From positions 431,912-495,911 of the forward strand of contig CAZSUC010000001.1 of assembly GCA_964610055.1 (NCBI GenBank): a stretch of 64,000 nt of DNA, written 5' to 3'. Numbering within the stretch: the stretch's first letter is position 1; the number at the start of each line of letters is the position of its first letter. Position numbers and translations under genes: made by a program. This stretch comes from an uncultured Candidatus Saccharibacteria bacterium (GTDB lineage: Bacteria > Patescibacteriota > Andersenbacteria > UBA10190). Positions 59,307 through 64,000 of this stretch are shown here, in pieces. The notes under the pieces were generated by a model, which searched no databases, had not been told where the DNA came from, and saw only the letters and a program-made list of their open reading frames with translations.

Positions 59307-59386
59307 AATACTGGTACCGGGAACTCATCTTCCCCCCCCTAATTCCCCGCCACCATCCGCTGTCTTTTTCAAGACAGCGGATTATT
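59307..59386 (+). repeat. Direct repeat copy 2
   Basis: aatactggtaccgggaactcatcttcccc..ccatccgctgtcttTTTCaagacagcggattatt. Confidence 0.85.
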
Positions 59387-59765
59387 GAAACACTTTCATT
59401 GGATCTGAGCCCCAGTAAACAGCTCGAATTTTATCTGTCTTATCAAGCTCGTATTTCAATATCTCTCCAATGCCATCAAAATCATTACCACCAGTAATTT
59501 GAAACATATCCTTCCCTGCTAATTTCAAAGGAGATAATCCATCTGTCGGATCATGGGCAAGCGGAAAAAACATACACAAAGAACCGTTGATTTCAATCAC
59601 ATCAGTTTCTCCCCAACGCGAAGTAAAACGTCCTTCATATTTACTTAAATTAATTTGACTCTTTTTCTCTTGCGTATTTAGAAAATGCCATAAAGTCGAG
59701 AATATGCCATCTATCAATATAAACGGCAAGCGTGAAGATAAACAAGCTATTCTGGCGTGTGTCAC
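59382..59765 (-). pseudogene. Probable C-terminal gene fragment (possibly of a serine hydrolase)
   Basis: No good start; SKYEGRF..RWG and GE..Y..D..VYWG resemble hydrolase C-terminal domains (from memory). Confidence 0.35.
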
Positions 59766-59818
59766 TACGGTTTTGTATCTGAAGTCAAAAGCAATCAGAA
59801 CCTCGCGACCGAAACTAG

Positions 59819-60526
59819 TTAATCGGCCACAAATAAGTGAATGACTAACTGATTAGCGAAATCATATACATTCAAAAACATTTGTTTATCAACAAACCTC
59901 TTTGCAGTATCCCAAATTATCGGGTTGTCTTTGGCGAGCACATCCAATTCTTCCATCGTTCTGGTTTTAAGATTTACATGTTTCACTTTTGGCGCGACTA
60001 CGTCCTTGGTTAACTTTTTTATATTGTAATGAAGATAAGGATTTCTAACCGTATTTTTAAAACTATTCAACTGCTTCACCATTTTTCCGTCAATAAGTTC
60101 AATATTTTTTGCCTCAACAATGACAGATCCTAGCTCCATTGATTCAATTCTATCCCACTCCTCTTGGCTGTAAGTTTCTCCGGATTTCTTTTTAACGATG
60201 GCATACTTTATAGAAAATTCTACAAGAATAGCGCTAAGGGAAATAGCTGCGCCATACAATCCAAAAAGGATGCACTCTCTTATTTCGTTATAAAGAGTCT
60301 CAATTTCTGGGATTGCGATAGTAGGAGTCTTGGGTAGCTTTTCAATAATGGCAAGGGCCTCTAATCTCCTTTGCTTAAATAACTCCTCGACAAACTGATC
60401 TGCTGTTTTTGTAATGTGTTTGATATCGGCTCCTTGTTTTTCGAGCTCCTTTAGGGTTTCTGGATTTGCAATAATATGCGTGCTTCCTTTCGCTAATTCT
60501 GATAGAAAATCGTTAATGTCTTGCAT
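59819..60526 (-). CDS. HEPN-like domain protein
   Basis: YGAAISLSAILVE helix plus RNPYLH (Rx4H). Confidence 0.6.
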   Translation of the reverse strand: MQDINDFLSELAKGSTHIIANPETLKELEKQGADIKHITKTADQFVEELFKQRRLEALAIIEKLPKTPTIAIPEIETLYNEIRECILFGLYGAAISLSAILVEFSIKYAIVKKKSGETYSQEEWDRIESMELGSVIVEAKNIELIDGKMVKQLNSFKNTVRNPYLHYNIKKLTKDVVAPKVKHVNLKTRTMEELDVLAKDNPIIWDTAKRFVDKQMFLNVYDFANQLVIHLFVAD

Positions 60527-60572
60527 AGGAGGTTGGATAGGAAATGGTCGGTTTTAGAACCTGTTTTTAGTG

Positions 60573-60643
60573 TTCCGGGACAGGGATTCGAACCCCGATT
60601 CACGGCTCCAAAGGCCGCTGTCCTGCCATTAGACGATCCCGGA
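60573..60643 (-). tRNA. tRNA-Gln(TTG)
   Basis: TCCGGGATCGTCTAATGGCAGGACAGCGGCCT-TTG-GAGCCGTGAATCGGGGTTCGAATCCCTGTCCCGGAA. Confidence 0.95.
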
Positions 60644-60686
60644 TTGGTATGGCTTACTATACTGAAAATCTGTTTCAGCGGCAAGT

Positions 60687-62183
60687 TCAGCCAAACGCCT
60701 CTTTAACTGCACTTAAAAGCTCATCTTCTTGGGCATTTGGTTTAGGAATTGCCAGTTCATTCCGACTACTCGGCTCCGCCAATGCACATTGCACCGTCAA
60801 TTGCTTCCCTAAAATCTCGTTTAGAGCTTGTTCCAACACCTGCTTATTCTCCGCTTTATTCAAAAAATTAAAATGCAGAGCGTAAGCCGCTTCCAATTTT
60901 ACGGTTTTGCCTGACGTTTCAACAGGATGCATGGCGCGTAAAAAGGTTGATCCTACCGGATTAGTTTTACGGACCGCTTCAATCAATTGTGGCCAGATTT
61001 TTTGAATAGCTTCCACCGTTACTTCGCCCACGGCTTGTGGCTCCGTTATTGGTGCTGGTACTGGCGCTGCAATCTCTATTTTCGCTGCCGGTACTGGGGT
61101 TGGCTTTGGCGTGGTCGATGTTACCTCTCCTTTTTTTGAACAAATAGTCGCAATCGCTATCTGTACTGCTATGATCGGCTGCGGCACATATGCCAAATCT
61201 TGGACTGCTTGAAGTAAAGTGCGCACTATGCCTAAAAGTTTTGTTCTGGCACCTGGTAAGGACGCAAATTCAAACGGCAATTGTTTATCTTCTTTGATCA
61301 AAGCCAGTAACGCATCTCGCGCGGCCAAAACGCTTTCGTGCAATAGCTGCTCCGGATCAAATCCTTGCCCAAAAGCTTCTTCTAAAGCTGCTAATGATGG
61401 TTGTGATTCTCCTGTTACTAAGCCACCTAAAAATTTCTCTAATACTACCTTTGGCGGCAATCCCAGAAAATCATTTAAATGCTGTGCTTGAATTTGGCCT
61501 TCGTCGTAGACTGACAAGACTTGGCCCAACATTGATTCTGCATCACGGTAACATCCGTCGCTGCGATTGATAATCAACTCCAGCGCCGCGTCCTCCGCCT
61601 CACGTTTTTCTTGAGCTAGTAAATATTTAAGCCGAGCTTGCATTTGATCATGGGTCGCGCGTCGAAACCGAAAAACTTGGCAACGAGACAAAATCGTGTC
61701 TGGAACTTTATGAAATTCAGTTGTCGCTAAAACAAAAATAGCGTGCTTAACCGGTTCCTCCAGTGTTTTTAATAAAGCTGTGAAAGCCGGACCCGACAGC
61801 ATATGCACTTCATCCACAATATATATTTTATATTTCCCCATCCCCGGTGCTAATCCGATTCCTTCTTGCAAAGCGCGAATATCGTCAATACTGCGATTAC
61901 TTGCCGCATCGATTTCAATAATATCCATACTTTGGTTTGATTGAACGGCTTGGCAATGCTGGCATTTCCCGCATGGCTCTGGACCGTCTGGATCCGTGCA
62001 GTTTAATCTCTTCGCAAAGACTCGAGCCGTGGTCGTTTTGCCAGTGCCGCGAGGGCCATGAAAAACATACGCATGCGCCAAGCGATCTTGAATTATCGCT
62101 CGGCCTAGCGTCTGCGTAATATGTTCTTGTCCGCTAATATCCTGAAACTTTTGCGGACGGTATTGCCGATATAGTGTTGCCAT
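60687..62183 (-). CDS. dnaX: DNA polymerase III subunit gamma/tau
   Basis: LYRQYRPQKF, GPRGTGKTT, EIDAASN, DEVHML, SRCQ. Confidence 0.97.
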   Translation of the reverse strand: MATLYRQYRPQKFQDISGQEHITQTLGRAIIQDRLAHAYVFHGPRGTGKTTTARVFAKRLNCTDPDGPEPCGKCQHCQAVQSNQSMDIIEIDAASNRSIDDIRALQEGIGLAPGMGKYKIYIVDEVHMLSGPAFTALLKTLEEPVKHAIFVLATTEFHKVPDTILSRCQVFRFRRATHDQMQARLKYLLAQEKREAEDAALELIINRSDGCYRDAESMLGQVLSVYDEGQIQAQHLNDFLGLPPKVVLEKFLGGLVTGESQPSLAALEEAFGQGFDPEQLLHESVLAARDALLALIKEDKQLPFEFASLPGARTKLLGIVRTLLQAVQDLAYVPQPIIAVQIAIATICSKKGEVTSTTPKPTPVPAAKIEIAAPVPAPITEPQAVGEVTVEAIQKIWPQLIEAVRKTNPVGSTFLRAMHPVETSGKTVKLEAAYALHFNFLNKAENKQVLEQALNEILGKQLTVQCALAEPSSRNELAIPKPNAQEDELLSAVKEAFG

Positions 62184-62198
62184 ATCCCCCTCTGGTCT

Positions 62199-62708
62199 TT
62201 ATCTGGCTCCAAAGCGCACAGATTTTGTCTTACGGTTAAACACTAAGAATTTACTGCCAATAAAATTCACAAACAAGATAATTCCAATCGCTAACGCTTT
62301 GGCTACATTGTCTTTTTGCGCGCCAAACAATGTTTCCATTATCGGTACATTGAAAGTGAAATATGACATTAACAATTGATTCAAAACCCATGTTACAGCG
62401 TTTAATCCAAAATATCCGAACCACTGCTGGACTACTTTCTCACTCTTGTCTTTAAACGTCCAATATTTATTAAACAAGAAATTGCTGACGATAGCCGCAA
62501 ACACACTGACATTATTTGCCGCCACAATCTTTTGGCCGAAAACCACATAAAAAGTTGTCCAGCCGGCGCCTCTGACTAATAAATTATATGTTGAAAAATC
62601 AACAATCGCACCGATCGTTCCTGTCACTCCAAACTTTAAAAATTGCCGCGCTGTATTTTGATACTTAAACGGCAGCCAGCCAATCATTTTGTTAATCAAT
62701 TGATTCAT
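62199..62708 (-). CDS. GtrA family flippase-like protein
   Basis: QFLKFGVTG, NFLFNKYWTF, NFIGSKFLVF. Confidence 0.9.
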   Translation of the reverse strand: MNQLINKMIGWLPFKYQNTARQFLKFGVTGTIGAIVDFSTYNLLVRGAGWTTFYVVFGQKIVAANNVSVFAAIVSNFLFNKYWTFKDKSEKVVQQWFGYFGLNAVTWVLNQLLMSYFTFNVPIMETLFGAQKDNVAKALAIGIILFVNFIGSKFLVFNRKTKSVRFGAR

Positions 62709-62720
62709 ATCTTATTTACT

Positions 62721-63263
62721 TTATTTCCGGTGTATAACATTTTCAACTGCTCCCCATTCAGCTTCGCCGTTTTGCGGTAGCAAAACCGCCACCTCATCAC
62801 CTTCTTCTGCTTTGTAAAATGTCACACTAGCTAACAAAACCCGGTAAGTCTGTTCCGGAGTCTCAACCCCAAAATTTCCATGTTCATCCACGACCAATGT
62901 TCCAGTCACCCGCTTGCGCTCAACCGGTCCGACTTGCTTATACGTAAACGAACCTTCTGTGCCAATAGTCAGTTTTAAAATATCTCCCTCAACCAATTTT
63001 GATTTTGACGCGTAATTTGGTGGTACTGGATATTCTTCCCCGTCGTTACCTCGCATATTTTGTCCATCAAACACACCTTCCACAATTCTCTCTCCTGATG
63101 GTTGCGTAACTGGCTCAGGCACTACTGGTTCTGAATGACTGCTGTACGTTTCACTTAAGTTTCCTTCCGCATCTTCTAAAATTTGACGAACATATTGGAC
63201 GCTGCGCTCAGCCTCATCCAAGCGTTGTTTGATTAAAGCTAATGTTCTCGCGTCGAAATTCAT
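62721..63263 (-). CDS. Conserved hypothetical protein
   Basis: EGVFDGQNM..YPVPPNYASKSKLVEGD..KQVGP, a pattern recalled from CPR genomes. Confidence 0.75.
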   Translation of the reverse strand: MNFDARTLALIKQRLDEAERSVQYVRQILEDAEGNLSETYSSHSEPVVPEPVTQPSGERIVEGVFDGQNMRGNDGEEYPVPPNYASKSKLVEGDILKLTIGTEGSFTYKQVGPVERKRVTGTLVVDEHGNFGVETPEQTYRVLLASVTFYKAEEGDEVAVLLPQNGEAEWGAVENVIHRK

Positions 63264-63373
63264 ATTTTTGTTTTATGTATCAGTAAATCGTTATTCTTAT
63301 TCTACATCATGCTTGCAGACTGCAAAAGTCAATTTTATTCAAAAAAAAGCAAATTTCCGCTAAACTTACTCGC

Positions 63374-64000
63374 ATGAACCGAGTGTTCGCTACCTGGTTA
63401 TTAATTTTCATAGTTGTTGGTGGAATTGGCTTACGCTCTTATCATCTTACTGCGCGCAGTCTTTGGTTCGACGAAGCTTTCTCTTGGCGCTTAATTCAGT
63501 TTCCGGTTTCGGAAATGATTGTACGGGATGCAACCGATGTTCATCCTCCTTTGTATTATCTCGCCTTAAAGGGTTGGGCTTTTATTTTTGGCACTTCATT
63601 ATTATCCTTGCGTAGTTTTTCAGTTTTTTGTGCTGGCCTTACTATTGCCGCTGCTTATCTATTAGTCTCATATGGTTTTAAATCTCGATATGCTGGTTTT
63701 GTCGCCGCCTTATTAATTGCGGTCTCCGGTTTTCAAATTCAATACGGTTGGGAAGCTCGTATGTATACTTTAGGCACCGCTTTGGCGCTATGGTCAACGT
63801 ACGTGCTCTTAAAAGCCATTCGGACGCAACACAGTGAATCATTTGGCTGGTGGATGTTGTATGCCGTTTCCGCTGCTCTGCTAGCTTACACTCATTATTA
63901 CGCCTTCTTTACTTTAGTTGGTCACGCCATCTTTGTGGCTGGCTTTTTCTTAGTTCAAACTCGAGGGCGCATTGGTGAACTTATCCAATCATCTTCTTTC
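63374..64000 (+). CDS. GT-C (family 39/PMT-like) glycosyltransferase, partial
   Basis: Manual translation MNRVF..SLWFDEAFS..DVHPPLYY..EARMY..YTHY; runs off the window. Confidence 0.85.
   Translation, partial: MNRVFATWLLIFIVVGGIGLRSYHLTARSLWFDEAFSWRLIQFPVSEMIVRDATDVHPPLYYLALKGWAFIFGTSLLSLRSFSVFCAGLTIAAAYLLVSYGFKSRYAGFVAALLIAVSGFQIQYGWEARMYTLGTALALWSTYVLLKAIRTQHSESFGWWMLYAVSAALLAYTHYYAFFTLVGHAIFVAGFFLVQTRGRIGELIQSSSF

Noticed and set aside
57996-59386. Repeat pair as a diversity-generating retroelement VR/TR
   Set aside because: Differences are not adenine-specific, include indels, and there is no reverse transcriptase in the window.
61131-61137. dnaX A AAA AAA slippery site producing a gamma subunit
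   Set aside because: Only seven A's, no clear upstream SD or downstream hairpin, and the -1 frame stop is about 50 codons away.

Overview
A bacterial chromosome segment. The compact gene packing, the gene set and the mostly SD-less starts suggest a reduced-genome Patescibacteria/CPR-type organism (inference). The core regions carry a complete A/V-type ATPase operon with a Na+-type K subunit, non-oxidative pentose phosphate genes, priA, ftsEX, prfB (with a +1 frameshift), htrA, trxB/grx, xseAB, tsaC, dnaX, envelope glycosylation genes and five tRNAs. Two accessory regions lie at the 3' ends of the two tRNA-Gln genes. The larger (about 17.4-35.1 kb) is built around a ParB-methyltransferase, small terminase, large terminase and large serine recombinase, with no portal, capsid or tail genes. 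Its cargo is interleaved on the opposite strand: a TIR two-gene operon, a Zn-finger protein, a YfhO membrane protein behind a structured leader, an orphan, and an SF2 helicase-nuclease. It looks like a capsid-less, satellite-like integrative element carrying defence and surface cargo. The smaller region (about 56.8-60.5 kb) holds a divergent FIG/IMPase-like gene, an orphan flanked by roughly 75-bp direct repeats with a loop-inverted hairpin, and a HEPN-like gene.
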